A stretch of 64,000 nt of DNA from an uncultured bacterium (GTDB taxonomy: Bacteria > Actinomycetota > Acidimicrobiia > Spongiisociales > ZC4RG35): positions 963,905 through 1,027,904 of the forward strand of contig CAWGTX010000006.1 in the NCBI GenBank assembly GCA_963825585.1, in the 5' to 3' direction. The notes below the pieces were generated by a model. It ran no database searches, had not been told where the DNA came from, and saw nothing but the letters and a program-made list of their open reading frames with translations. Of the stretch, positions 8,390 through 18,081 are shown piece after piece. Within the stretch, counting starts at the first letter, position 1. Each line of letters opens with the position of its first letter. The position numbers and the translations under genes are program-made.

Positions 8390-9283
8390 GTGAGCAAGCA
8401 CCCATGGACGTGGATCTGGCTGGCTGCGCTCGGGTTCGCCATCGGCTTCCCACTCATGAAGGTGATGTTCGAGTCCGGAATGGACGTGTGGCAGATCCTC
8501 GTCCCCCGATATCTGATCGGCACCGCCGTGATCGCCCTCATCGCCCGGTCGCGTTCGTTCGACTGGCGGGCTCCCGGAGCCATCCGCCGGGGTGCGGTAC
8601 TCGGGATCGTCAACGTCGCCGCGCCCACCATTCTCATGAGCCTCGGTACCGACCTGCTCCCCTCATCGGTGGCCGGGGTGCTGACCGCATTCATCCCGAT
8701 GGCCACGGTGGCCGCCGCTCACGTCGCCGTGCCGGGCGAACGCTTCTCGGTGCGGAGAGTCCCCGGTCTCATGCTGGCAACGGCCGGCGTGGTGCTGCTG
8801 GTGGTAGCCGGGCGGGGCGACGACGGCGCTCGGATCTCTCTGCTCGGGGTGATCCTGTTTCTGATCGGCGTGTCCCTGGCAGGCGTCGGTGGCGCCCTCA
8901 ACCGACGCTTTGCGATGGGAACTCCGGCGACCTCTCTCGTGCTGCCGCAGTTCGTGGGCGCCATGGCGGTGGTCACCTTCATCGGGTTGCCACTCGGCGG
9001 TAGCCGGCTGTCCGGTCTCTCCGGCGTCCAGTGGAGCCAGGTGGTGGTGTTCGGACTCGTGTGCACCGCCCTGCCGTTCTTCGCACTCCTCAAGGCCTCC
9101 GAGCTGGCTTCGGCCGCCAGGGCGTCGCTCATCGGCTACATCGTCCCGCTGCTGGCCGCCGTGATGGCGGTCTTCTTCCTGGGTGACCCCGCCTCGAACG
9201 CCCTGATGTTCGGTGGTGGCCTGATAGTGGCCGGCGTCTACGCGGCCGACCGGGCGGAGCGCCGCCTGGTACTCGCAGGCTGA
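8390..9283 (+). CDS. EamA/DMT-family transporter (10 TM)
   Basis: Two EamA-like halves, hydrophobic throughout. GTG start. Confidence 0.8.
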   Translation: MSKHPWTWIWLAALGFAIGFPLMKVMFESGMDVWQILVPRYLIGTAVIALIARSRSFDWRAPGAIRRGAVLGIVNVAAPTILMSLGTDLLPSSVAGVLTAFIPMATVAAAHVAVPGERFSVRRVPGLMLATAGVVLLVVAGRGDDGARISLLGVILFLIGVSLAGVGGALNRRFAMGTPATSLVLPQFVGAMAVVTFIGLPLGGSRLSGLSGVQWSQVVVFGLVCTALPFFALLKASELASAARASLIGYIVPLLAAVMAVFFLGDPASNALMFGGGLIVAGVYAADRAERRLVLAG

Positions 9284-9390
9284 CCGGTCCCGGCCCGAGC
9301 CCACTTCACACGGATCCACGCCGATCCGATAGAACCCGAGAGGAACGACCCACGACCTACACAATCGCCCCGCCATCAGAATCCCGCTCC

Positions 9391-10281
9391 GTGCCGTCGG
9401 TGTGGCTGCTCGTGATCGGCACCGCCGTGCTGTGGGGCGCGGGCGGCCTCGTCTCGAAAGCGCTGATCGAGAGCGATCTCGACGCCTTCACCGTCACCGC
9501 TGCCCCATTCGGCGCCGGGGCGATCGTGGCATGGCTCGTCGCCAGAAAGCTCCCGAGCCTGCCCGTCTTCGTATCGGGGTTGCTGCTCGGCACGGTCAGC
9601 ACCGCCGGGCCGGCCCTGTTCTTCAACCTCGCCTACGAGACCCTTCCCGCCGGTGTGGTGACGCTGCTGATCGCCATCGGCCCCATCATCACCGCCGTCG
9701 CCGCCCACTTCTGGTTCCCGGACGAACGCTTCACGCTCGGGAAGGGGGTCGGGCTGGCGATCTCACTGTGCGGGGTTGCGGTCCTCTCGCTCGGCCAGGG
9801 TGGCGAGAGCGGCGGGACCCCGGTCGGGGTGGTGATGGTGATCTGCGGTGCGCTTCTGGCCGGCACCACTGCCGTGTGGGGTCGGTCGGCGGCCATGCGC
9901 CACGGCGCCAAGAACCTGGTGCCCACCCAACTCACCGGCGCCGCCCTCATGCCGGTTGTCATGTCGTTCGTGCTCGATCGCGACCTGGTTCCGACGGGCG
10001 GATTCCGGGCCTGGCAGGTGCTGGGTCTGGTGGCGATCGGATCGTTTGCCAGCTTCCTCGGCTTCCGGCTCATCATGAAGGCCAACGAGGTGGGTACGAC
10101 CGGACAGGTTTCCCTGGTGGGCTATCTGCTGCCGGTGGTTGGTGTCGGCGGCGGCGCGATCTTCTTCGAAGAGCCTGTCACAGCCCCGGTGGTCATCGGA
10201 GGCGCCCTCATCCTGATGGGTGTGCTCATCACCGGTCGCTCCGGCGGCAAACCCGCCCGGGTTCTCCGCTCGGCCGGGTAG
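9391..10281 (+). CDS. EamA/DMT-family transporter (paralogue)
   Basis: Hydrophobic 296-aa protein with EamA-type repeats. GTG start. Confidence 0.8.
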   Translation: MPSVWLLVIGTAVLWGAGGLVSKALIESDLDAFTVTAAPFGAGAIVAWLVARKLPSLPVFVSGLLLGTVSTAGPALFFNLAYETLPAGVVTLLIAIGPIITAVAAHFWFPDERFTLGKGVGLAISLCGVAVLSLGQGGESGGTPVGVVMVICGALLAGTTAVWGRSAAMRHGAKNLVPTQLTGAALMPVVMSFVLDRDLVPTGGFRAWQVLGLVAIGSFASFLGFRLIMKANEVGTTGQVSLVGYLLPVVGVGGGAIFFEEPVTAPVVIGGALILMGVLITGRSGGKPARVLRSAG

Positions 10282-10291
10282 CCTCCCGTCC

Positions 10292-11974
10292 ATGTCCAAC
10301 CCGCGTCACATTCTGGTGGCGGTGGCATGGCCTTACGCCTCCGGCTCGAGACACCTCGGGCACCTGGCCGGTGCCTACCTACCCGCCGACATCTTCGCCC
10401 GGTACCACCGACAGGTCGGAAACCGCGTGCTCATGGTGTCCGGATCCGACGTGCACGGCACTCCGATCACGGTTCGGGCAGATCAGGAGGGGGTGACGCC
10501 TCAGGAGATCGTCGACCGCTACCACGCCGAGTTCGTGGAGAACTGGCAGAAGGTCGGCATCCAGTGGGAGCTCTACACCACCACGGGAACCCCAAACCAC
10601 CATGCGGTCACCCAGGACGTGTTCCTCCGCCTCGCCGAGAACGGCTACATCGCCGCCAAAGCGTCCGAGCAGCTCTTCGACCCCGAGGCGGGCCGATTCC
10701 TACCTGACCGGTACGTGGAGGGGACCTGCCCGCACTGCGGCTACGGCTCGGCCCGAGGGGACCAGTGCGACAACTGCGGGCGGCAGTTGGACCCCACCGA
10801 CCTGATCGATCCCACGTCCAAGTTCACCGGCGCAACCCCTGAACTCAGGGAGACCGAGCACTACTACCTCCTGCTGTCGAAGTTCCAGGACCGCCTGCTC
10901 GAGTGGCTTCGATCACGCCAGGGATGGCGCAAGCACGTGCAGAACATGGCGATCGGGTTCACAGAAGAAGGCCTGCAGGACCGGGCCATCACCCGGGATC
11001 TCGACTGGGGTGTCGCCATCCCCGAGCCGTACGACACGATCGGCGCCGGCAAGAAGATCTACGTGTGGTTCGACGCCGTGATCGGCTACCTGTCGGCGGC
11101 AAAGGAGTGGGCCGAGCTCAACGGTACTCCCGATGCCTGGAAGGATTGGTGGGAGCACCCTGACGCCGAGAGCTACTACTTCATCGGCAAGGACAACGTG
11201 GTGTTCCACGCCGTCATCTGGCCCTGTCAGCTGATGGGCTATGGCGGGCTCAACCTGCCAAGCGACATACCCGCCAACCAGTACGTCACGTTCAAGGGCG
11301 ACAAGGCGTCGGCCAGTCGCGGCATCGGTCGCTCCATCGGGTGGTACGCCGACCGACTCGAGCCCGACTCGCTTCGTTATGCCCTCACTTCGGTGCTTCC
11401 CGAGCAGAACGACACCGATCTCTCCGACGATCAGATCATCGAGCGGGTCAACTCAGAACTGGTGGCCACCTGGGGCAACCTCGTGAACCGGGTGCTCTCG
11501 ATGACATCGAAGAACTTCGATGGCGCCGTCCCGACACCCGGGGAACTGTCGGACACCGACCGGACGTTGCTCGAAGGGACCGACGCCGCACTCGGGGATG
11601 TCGGTCGGCTCATCGAGGGCGTGGAACTCCGGAGTGGGCTACGTCGGGCGATGGAGGCCGCCGGCGAGGTGAACGCCTATCTCAACGCCGAAGAGCCGTG
11701 GAAGGTGGTCAAGGTCGACCGTGACCGGGCCGGCACGGTGCTTTGGACGGCGGTTCAGGCCATTGCCGGGCTGCGGGTCGCGTTCAGCCCGTACCTGCCG
11801 TTCACGTCAGCCAGGATCGGCAGCCTGCTCGGAGTGGGCGCGGCCATCATCGACTGGGCTCGCGTCGAGGTGCCGGCCGGCAGCACCTTCGGGGAGATCA
11901 CCCCGCTGTTCACGAAGCTCGAGCCCGAGGTGTTCGACGAGCGAGTCGATGGAGCAACTGGCGACGACGCCTGA
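10292..11974 (+). CDS. metG: Methionine--tRNA ligase
   Basis: Class I HIGH motif (ASGSRHLGHL), zinc knuckle CPHCGYGSARGDQCDNCG, KDNVVFHAVIWP. ATG at 10292 follows the upstream TAG. Confidence 0.9.
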   Translation: MSNPRHILVAVAWPYASGSRHLGHLAGAYLPADIFARYHRQVGNRVLMVSGSDVHGTPITVRADQEGVTPQEIVDRYHAEFVENWQKVGIQWELYTTTGTPNHHAVTQDVFLRLAENGYIAAKASEQLFDPEAGRFLPDRYVEGTCPHCGYGSARGDQCDNCGRQLDPTDLIDPTSKFTGATPELRETEHYYLLLSKFQDRLLEWLRSRQGWRKHVQNMAIGFTEEGLQDRAITRDLDWGVAIPEPYDTIGAGKKIYVWFDAVIGYLSAAKEWAELNGTPDAWKDWWEHPDAESYYFIGKDNVVFHAVIWPCQLMGYGGLNLPSDIPANQYVTFKGDKASASRGIGRSIGWYADRLEPDSLRYALTSVLPEQNDTDLSDDQIIERVNSELVATWGNLVNRVLSMTSKNFDGAVPTPGELSDTDRTLLEGTDAALGDVGRLIEGVELRSGLRRAMEAAGEVNAYLNAEEPWKVVKVDRDRAGTVLWTAVQAIAGLRVAFSPYLPFTSARIGSLLGVGAAIIDWARVEVPAGSTFGEITPLFTKLEPEVFDERVDGATGDDA

Positions 11975-12022
11975 CACGCCCGACGAGGCCCTTTCGATAG
12001 GGTGCGACCTGTGGCATTGTTC

Positions 12023-12286
12023 ATGGAGATGAAACGTCCCGACGCCATCGCCCTCAAGTTGATCCGCATGACGATCGGATCATGTCTGCTCGTGCTCGGC
12101 CTCGCCGGATTGTTCATGCCGGTGGTGCCGGGATTGTTGTTGATCATCCCCGGTCTGGCGCTGCTCGCCAAGGACTTCGCCTGGGCGGAGCGACTCCACC
12201 TGTCGGTCAAGCAACGGTTCGACCGAGCGGTCGGGGCGTTCGAACAACGCCGGCTGGACCAGGACGCCGAACGCGACGCAGCCTGA
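12023..12286 (+). CDS. PGPGW-family small transmembrane protein
   Basis: GLFMPVVPGLLLIIPGLALL motif. The track ORF starts at an upstream GTG (12002). Confidence 0.6.
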   Translation: MEMKRPDAIALKLIRMTIGSCLLVLGLAGLFMPVVPGLLLIIPGLALLAKDFAWAERLHLSVKQRFDRAVGAFEQRRLDQDAERDAA

Positions 12287-12330
12287 ATCTCGCCGCTGGG
12301 GTGTTGTGCGATCCCGGCCACCCCAAACGT

Positions 12331-12361
12331 CGAAGGACCGGGCGTCGAGCCCGGTCCTTCG
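12331..12361. terminator. Bidirectional intrinsic-terminator-like hairpin between convergent PGPGW gene and sodN
   Basis: Perfect 12-bp stem cgaaggaccggg / cccggtccttcg with a 7-nt loop. A second hairpin ggggtg...cacccc lies just upstream. Confidence 0.6.
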
Positions 12362-12379
12362 TGCTGAGCGTGGTGTCCC

Positions 12380-12796
12380 CTAGGCGGGTGGGTACACACC
12401 CATCCCCTTCGCCTTCTCGGTCTGCCAGAAGATGTCGGCGATGTCGTCGATGAGCGCCAGCAGGTTCTGTGCCACGGCGGCGTCGAGGCTCTTCTTGGCG
12501 TCGCCGGCCCCCTTGATGGCCTTCCAGAACAGGTCGTCCAACTGCGGAAACTCGGCACGGTGCTCGGCGGTGAAGAAGTCGGCCCACAACACCATCAGAT
12601 GATGCTTGACCTCTTCGGCCCGCTGCTCCTTGATGATGATGGCCCGCGCCTTGAAGTGCTCATCGTCGCTGCCGTGGTACTTCTCGATGGTCTTGAGCAC
12701 CGAGAGCGCCTCGATCTTCGCCTGGGCGGGGTCGTAGACACCACAGAACAGGTCGCAATGGGCGTAAACCGGGGTGGCTGCACTGAACAGACCCAT
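12380..12796 (-). CDS. sodN: Nickel superoxide dismutase precursor
   Basis: Leader MGLFSAATPVYA, then the Ni-hook HCDLFCGVYDPAQA (His-Cys-x-x-x-Cys). GGAGG SD 6 nt upstream of ATG 12794-12796. The track ORF over-extends the N-terminus. Confidence 0.9.
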   Translation of the reverse strand: MGLFSAATPVYAHCDLFCGVYDPAQAKIEALSVLKTIEKYHGSDDEHFKARAIIIKEQRAEEVKHHLMVLWADFFTAEHRAEFPQLDDLFWKAIKGAGDAKKSLDAAVAQNLLALIDDIADIFWQTEKAKGMGVYPPA

Positions 12797-12866
12797 GGAT
12801 GAACCTCCGTCTCGTCTCGTCTGACCGACCATACTCCGCCTTGGGCGGCAGCAGAAAGACGGAACG

Positions 12867-13280
12867 GTGGACAGATTCGTTGTGCGCGAGATGTCGATGA
12901 GCCCCACGCTGCTCCCCGGCGATCACCTCGTGGCTGTCGATCGGGTGCCTCGGGTCGGTCAGATCGCCGTGTTCGCACATCCATCCGATCCCGGAATGAG
13001 GCTGGTCAAGCGGGTGGTGGCAGGACCCGGTTGGGACGTGCGGCTGGTCGACACCAGGCTCGAGCTGACCGGGCCGGCTGGGGCCGGATCGGTGATTCGA
13101 ATCCCGGCCGAACACCGCCTCAGGGTGTGGTCCCTGTCCAACGACGAGGTGTTCGCTCTGAGCGATGCAGCCGACGTCACCAGGGCCGACTCGCGAGTGT
13201 TCGGACCCGTTCCCGTCGAGACGGCGATGACCGTGGTACTCCGATATCGACCTGTGCGGCGGCTGCAGAGATTCGGCTGA
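12867..13280 (+). CDS. sodX: S26-family signal peptidase, Ni-SOD maturation protease
   Basis: SPTLLPGDHLV...LVKRVVAGPGWDV...SDNE..SxDSRVFGPV. Divergent from sodN. GTG start; alternative ATG at 12891. Confidence 0.75.
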   Translation: MDRFVVREMSMSPTLLPGDHLVAVDRVPRVGQIAVFAHPSDPGMRLVKRVVAGPGWDVRLVDTRLELTGPAGAGSVIRIPAEHRLRVWSLSNDEVFALSDAADVTRADSRVFGPVPVETAMTVVLRYRPVRRLQRFG

Positions 13281-13505
13281 TTGCGTATCCTGCCGGACCG
13301 AGAAGGCTCTGTACGTCGGTAGGAGGGATGACGGTGCCGTACGACCGGATCCGGCTGGGCTGAACGCGCTTCGACAGCGTTCCGTATCGTGGAATTGTTC
13401 CGCATGACGGTATGCGATTGGCTATCGTCGCCGTAGCAACCTGTCGCCGGACCGACCAGATCATCAACGTCCGCGACGCGATCGTGGCGAGGAGGCCTCT
13501 CACCC

Positions 13506-15269
13506 ATGTCCGCAGCCGTACCGAGCGACATCGACATCGCTCGCGCCGCCACCTTGCAGCCGATCAGTGCCATCGCCGAACGCATCGGGCTCGAGCCCGA
13601 CGAGCTCATCCCCTACGGAACGACCAAGGCAAAGGTCAATCTCGACGCACTCAAGCGGATCGCCGGCCGCCCCCGCGGCAAGTATGTGGACGTCACCGCC
13701 ATCACGCCCACGCCCCTCGGCGAGGGCAAGACCACCACCACGATCGGCCTCACCCAGGGCCTCGGCCGGTTGGGCCATGAGGCGATCGCCTGCATCCGCC
13801 AGCCTTCGATGGGCCCCACCTTCGGGATCAAGGGCGGCGCCGCCGGCGGCGGCTACAGCCAGGTGGTGCCGATGGACGAGTTCAACCTCCACCTGACCGG
13901 CGACATCCACGCCATCACCGCCGCCCACAACCTGGTGGCTGCCGCCATCGATGCCCGCTGGTACCACGAGAGTCGCATGTCCGACGAGGCACTCGAGAAG
14001 GTGGGACTGAGCCGCCTCGGCATCGACGTGTTCAACCTGCAGTGGAACCGGGTGATGGACATCAACGACCGGGCGCTCCGCAACGTGATCGTCGGCCTCG
14101 GCGGCTCGCTGGAAGGCCGCCCCCGCGAGACCGGGTTCGACATCACCGTGGCCTCCGAACTGATGGCGATCCTCGCCCTGGTCGACGGCGACAACTACGC
14201 CAGCGCCCTCCGCAACCTCCGCGAACGCGTTTCCCGGGTGGTGATCGGCAACTCGAAGACGGGCACTCCGATCACTCTGGAGGACCTGGGTGTGGCCGGA
14301 GCCGTGACGGTTCTCATGAAGGACACTCTTCACCCCACGATCATGCAGACCATCGAGGGCCAGGCCGCCTTCGTCCACGCCGGTCCGTTCGCCAACATCG
14401 CCCACGGCAACTCCTCGATCCTGGCGGATCGCCTCGCCCTCCACCTCGGCGACTACGTGATCACCGAGTCCGGATTCGGTGCGGACATGGGCATGGAGAA
14501 GTTCATGGACATCAAGTGCCGCACCTCGGGTCTGCGGCCCGACTGTGTGGTGCTGGTCGCCACCGTGCGGGCGCTCAAGACCCACGGCGGAGGCCCCAAG
14601 GTGGTGCTCGGTCGGCCGCTCGACAAGGCGTACACCGAGGAGAACCTGGCACTGCTGCAGGCAGGCATGCCCAACCTGGCCGCCCACATCAAGAACGCCA
14701 AGCGATTCGGCGTCCCGGTGGTGGTGGCCATCAACAGCTTCCCCACCGACACCTGGGCAGAGATCAACGCCATCCGTGAGGCAGCACTGGAAGCCGGCGC
14801 GTCGGACGCGGTGCTCGCCGAACACTGGGGCAAGGGCGGCGAGGGCGCCACCGACCTGGCTGCTGCCGTGGTGAAGGCGTGTGAGGAGCCGAACGAGTTC
14901 GCCTACCTGTATCCGCTGAACATGTCGATCAAGCAGAAGATCGAGATCATCGCCAAGGACATCTACGGCGCCGCCGACGTCGAGTACTCCCCCGCCGCCG
15001 AAGCCCAGATCGCCGGATTCGAGAAGGCAGGATTCGGCTACCTGCCGATCTGCATGGCCAAGACCCATCTGTCCATCAGCCACGACGCCAACCTCAAAGG
15101 CGCCCCCACCGGCTTCACGGTGCCGGTACGCGAAGTACGGGCGTCGGTCGGCGCCGGGTTCATCTACCCCCTGTTGGGTGAGATGCGCACCATGCCCGGC
15201 CTCGGGTCGACCCCGGCCTACATGAAGGTCGACATCGACGACGACGGCAACGTCGTCGGTCTCTTCTAG
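13506..15269 (+). CDS. fhs: Formate--tetrahydrofolate ligase
   Basis: PTPLGEGKTTTTIGL, EFNLHLTGDIHAITAA, FANIAHGNSS. GAGGAGG SD upstream. Confidence 0.95.
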   Translation: MSAAVPSDIDIARAATLQPISAIAERIGLEPDELIPYGTTKAKVNLDALKRIAGRPRGKYVDVTAITPTPLGEGKTTTTIGLTQGLGRLGHEAIACIRQPSMGPTFGIKGGAAGGGYSQVVPMDEFNLHLTGDIHAITAAHNLVAAAIDARWYHESRMSDEALEKVGLSRLGIDVFNLQWNRVMDINDRALRNVIVGLGGSLEGRPRETGFDITVASELMAILALVDGDNYASALRNLRERVSRVVIGNSKTGTPITLEDLGVAGAVTVLMKDTLHPTIMQTIEGQAAFVHAGPFANIAHGNSSILADRLALHLGDYVITESGFGADMGMEKFMDIKCRTSGLRPDCVVLVATVRALKTHGGGPKVVLGRPLDKAYTEENLALLQAGMPNLAAHIKNAKRFGVPVVVAINSFPTDTWAEINAIREAALEAGASDAVLAEHWGKGGEGATDLAAAVVKACEEPNEFAYLYPLNMSIKQKIEIIAKDIYGAADVEYSPAAEAQIAGFEKAGFGYLPICMAKTHLSISHDANLKGAPTGFTVPVREVRASVGAGFIYPLLGEMRTMPGLGSTPAYMKVDIDDDGNVVGLF

Positions 15270-15274
15270 ACGCC

Positions 15275-15394
15275 ATGCTGGCCGGCGTGACGGTGGACGT
15301 GAGCGACCTGGACCGCTCGAGAGCGTTCTATGCGACCGTCTTCGGCGTGCACGCCCTCCGCCGTGGCCCGTCACCGGAACTGGTGGTCAATTGA
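15275..15394 (+). pseudogene. Remnant (39 codons) of a glyoxalase/VOC-family gene
   Basis: MLAGVTVDVSDLDRSRAFYATVFGVHALRRG..., a typical VOC N-terminal beta-alpha-beta start, then stop after 39 aa. Overlaps the end of the convergent gene. Confidence 0.4.
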
Positions 15395-15791
15395 TGGCGA
15401 GCGCGGTCGTGAACACTGCGCCGATGGTGGCCATCGCCCCCACCTGCGACAGTATGAATGTCCGGGTCTGCGCTCTGAGCTCGCTGCCGAACGACTCGGA
15501 CTGCGCCCGCAAGGCCTCGAACACCATGTCCAGTCGCATTTCGACCCGCTCCATCCGCACCTCGAGCGCATCCATCCGCGCCTCGAGCGCATCCATCCGC
15601 ACTCCGAGGGCTGCGACCCTCGTCTCGAGCCCGTCGATACGGGTGCCCAGTGCGTCGGTGTCCGACCGGGTGGCCAGGTCGATCCCCTCCGGGGCGGGGA
15701 GAGCGCGCATGAGCGTCTCGGCATGCCGTTCGCCGAGAACCTCGGCCAGCTTCTGGCGCAACGCCTGTCGCGGATCAGCCATCGTTGTCAT
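15387..15791 (-). CDS. Small coiled-coil protein with C-terminal TM anchor; contains three 21-bp coding tandem repeats
   Basis: Start MTTMADPRQALRQKLAEVL with GGAGG SD. RMDALEARMDALEVRMERVEMRLD repeats; C-terminal hydrophobic segment. Confidence 0.5.
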   Translation of the reverse strand: MTTMADPRQALRQKLAEVLGERHAETLMRALPAPEGIDLATRSDTDALGTRIDGLETRVAALGVRMDALEARMDALEVRMERVEMRLDMVFEALRAQSESFGSELRAQTRTFILSQVGAMATIGAVFTTALAIN

Positions 15792-16182
15792 GGATCGTAC
15801 CTCCGGCCCTCCCGAAGCGAACGTACGAAACGGATGTGACAGAATCGGAGCAGCGAGGAGCGCGGGGCGAGGAGCGAGGAGCCGGAAGTCTGGACCGGCA
15901 GCCGAGGCGGACCAGCAGATACGCCGCCAGGCGGATCTGCAACCCGGCGCTTGCGCCGGGCGGCGTCTGTTCGGCGGGCGTCGACGAGGTGAACCCGTCA
16001 CCGTGCGGGCCGAAGTCGGCGCATAAGAAGTGAAGAGTTCGACGACAATGAAGACACGAGGGCGGCAGCCCGGGCGGACCAGCGTCTGTTCCGCCCGGCG
16101 TCAACCCACATCGGCAACATGATCCGGCAAGACGACGGCGCGGGGCGGAAGTCCGCCCGCAATAGAAAGGAGGTGATCAGAG

Positions 16183-18081
16183 ATGTCACGACGTCCACGT
16201 TTGGCGACACCATTGGTGCGTGAGGATGGGGTGCTTCGCCCGGCGAGCTGGGAGGAGGCGATCCGGCGCGCAGCCGACGGCTTCCAGGCCGTGCGGAGCG
16301 AGCACGGTCCGATGGCGTTGGGGATGTTCAGTTGTTCGAAGGCGACCAACGAGACCAACTACCTGGCGCAGAAGTTCGCACGGACCGCATTGGGCACGAA
16401 CAACATCGATTCCTGTAACCGCACTTGACACGCTCCCAGCGTCACCGGTCTGGTGGCGGTTCTCGGAGTTGGTGGCGGTACGAGTTCCTATGAGGAGATC
16501 GAGAACACCGATCTGATCATCCTCTGGGGTTCGAACGCGCGCAATGCCCATCCGATCTTTTTTCACCATCTCCTGAAGGGGGTGCACAACGGCGCACGTT
16601 TGTACACCGTCGATCCCCGCCGGAGCGAGTCGGCGCAGTGGGCCGACGTGTGGCTCGGCATCGACGTGGGTTCTGACATCGCCCTGGCCAACGCCATGGC
16701 GAAGGTGATCATCGATGAGGGTCTGGCGCACATGCCGTTCATCGAGAAGGCCACCACCGGTTTCGACGAGTACCGGGCGAACCTCGAGTCGTTCACGCTG
16801 GATCGGGCGGCCGGGATCACGGGGATCCCTGCCGAGGTGATCCGGGAGATGGCGATTGCATATGCGACGGCCGAGACGGCGCAGATCTGTTGGACGTTGG
16901 GGATCACCGAGCATCACAACGCCACCGACAACGTGCTGGCGCTGATCAGCCTGGCGTTGTTGACGGGGCACGTGGGCCGGTACGGGTCGGGGCTGGTCCC
17001 GATCCGTGGTCAGAACAACGTTCAGGGCGGCGGCGACATGGGTGCGCTGCCGAACAAGCTCCCTGGTTTCCGGGATGTGGAGAGCGATGCCGACCGGGCC
17101 GATTTCGAGGCGGTGTGGGGCCGTCCGATTCCTCCCAAGCGTGGCTGGCATCTGACGCAGATGTTCGAGGCCATGGAGGCGGGCAAGCTGCGGGCGCTGT
17201 ATGTGCTGGGCGAGAACCCGGCACAGTCGGAGGCGGATTCGCATCACACGAAGCGACGGCTGGAGGCACTGGATTTCATGGTGGTGCAGGACATCTTCCT
17301 GACGAAGACGGCCGAGATGGCCGACGTGGTGTTCCCGGCTGCCGCCGATTGGTGCGAGGGCGAGGGAACGGTCACGTCGTCGGAGCGTCGGGTGCAGCGG
17401 GTTCGTGCTGCGCTGACTCCGCCGGGTGAGGCCAGAACCGACATCGAGATCCTGTCGATGATGGCCGAAGCGCTCGATGCCGGGTGGGGCCGCCCGTCCG
17501 CCGAGGAGGTGTGGGACGAGCTGCGGAGCCTGTCTCCACCGCATCGGGGCATGAGTTATGCCCGGTTGGAGGAGTTGGGCGGCATCCAGTGGCCGTGTCC
17601 CGACGAGTCGCATCCGGGCAGCCAGTTCCTCCACGCCCGCCTGTGGGAGGATCACGTGGTGAATCCGGCGCCGTTCTTCCCCGTCGAGTGGGCTCCCCCG
17701 GTCGACCAGCTGAGCGACGAGTTCCCGCTTCGGATGACGACGGGGCGGCATCTCGACGGCTACAACACCGGTGTTCAGTCGGGTGGTTTCGATTCGCCGA
17801 TCCGGATCGGTTGCACCATCGACGTGTCTCCCGAGGACGCGGAACGTCTGGATCTGACTCCGGGTGAGATCGTGTCGGTGTGGTCGCGCCGGGGCGACAT
17901 CGAAGCTCCGGTTCGGATCGATCCGGGTCTGCGGCCCGGGCTGACGTTCATGGCGTTGCACTATCCCGACGACATCGACATCAACGAACTGACCATCGAG
18001 GCCTGGGATCCGAAGTCGGGAACCGCCGAGTTCAAGGCGACGGCCATCCGGATCGAGAAGCTGTCGGTGCCGGTGCGATGA
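16183..18081 (+). CDS. Formate dehydrogenase alpha subunit, catalytic Mo-bisPGD (MopB) part only. Contains in-frame UGA (16426..16428), a candidate selenocysteine. Lacks the N-terminal Fe-S domains.
   Basis: TNETNYLAQKFARTALGTNNIDSCNRT-[TGA]-HAPSVTGL...NTDLIILWGSNARNAHP aligns with FdhF/FdsA around Sec140. Strong SD aaaggaggtgatcagagATG. Confidence 0.8.
16441..16457 (+). promoter_or_regulatory. Candidate bacterial SECIS hairpin downstream of the in-frame UGA
   Basis: 12 nt after UGA: gucacc-GGUCU-gguggc (6-bp stem incl. one G.U, GGUCU apical loop), resembling the E. coli fdhF SECIS apex. Confidence 0.5.

Noticed and set aside
8390-10281. Tandem EamA genes as a single frameshifted transporter
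   Set aside because: Each ORF encodes a full EamA protein with both half-repeats. A 107-bp spacer separates them and the second has its own start.
13085-13115. tRNA T-arm-like ggtgattcgaatcccggcc
   Set aside because: Lies inside the sodX coding frame (…SVIRIPAEHR…). No acceptor or anticodon arm context; coincidence.
13500-15374. 624-aa minus-strand ORF
   Set aside because: Antisense to fhs (unambiguous FTHFS motifs on the plus strand). No motifs; Arg/Gly-rich.
16186-17961. 591-aa minus-strand ORF
   Set aside because: Antisense to the formate dehydrogenase catalytic gene.
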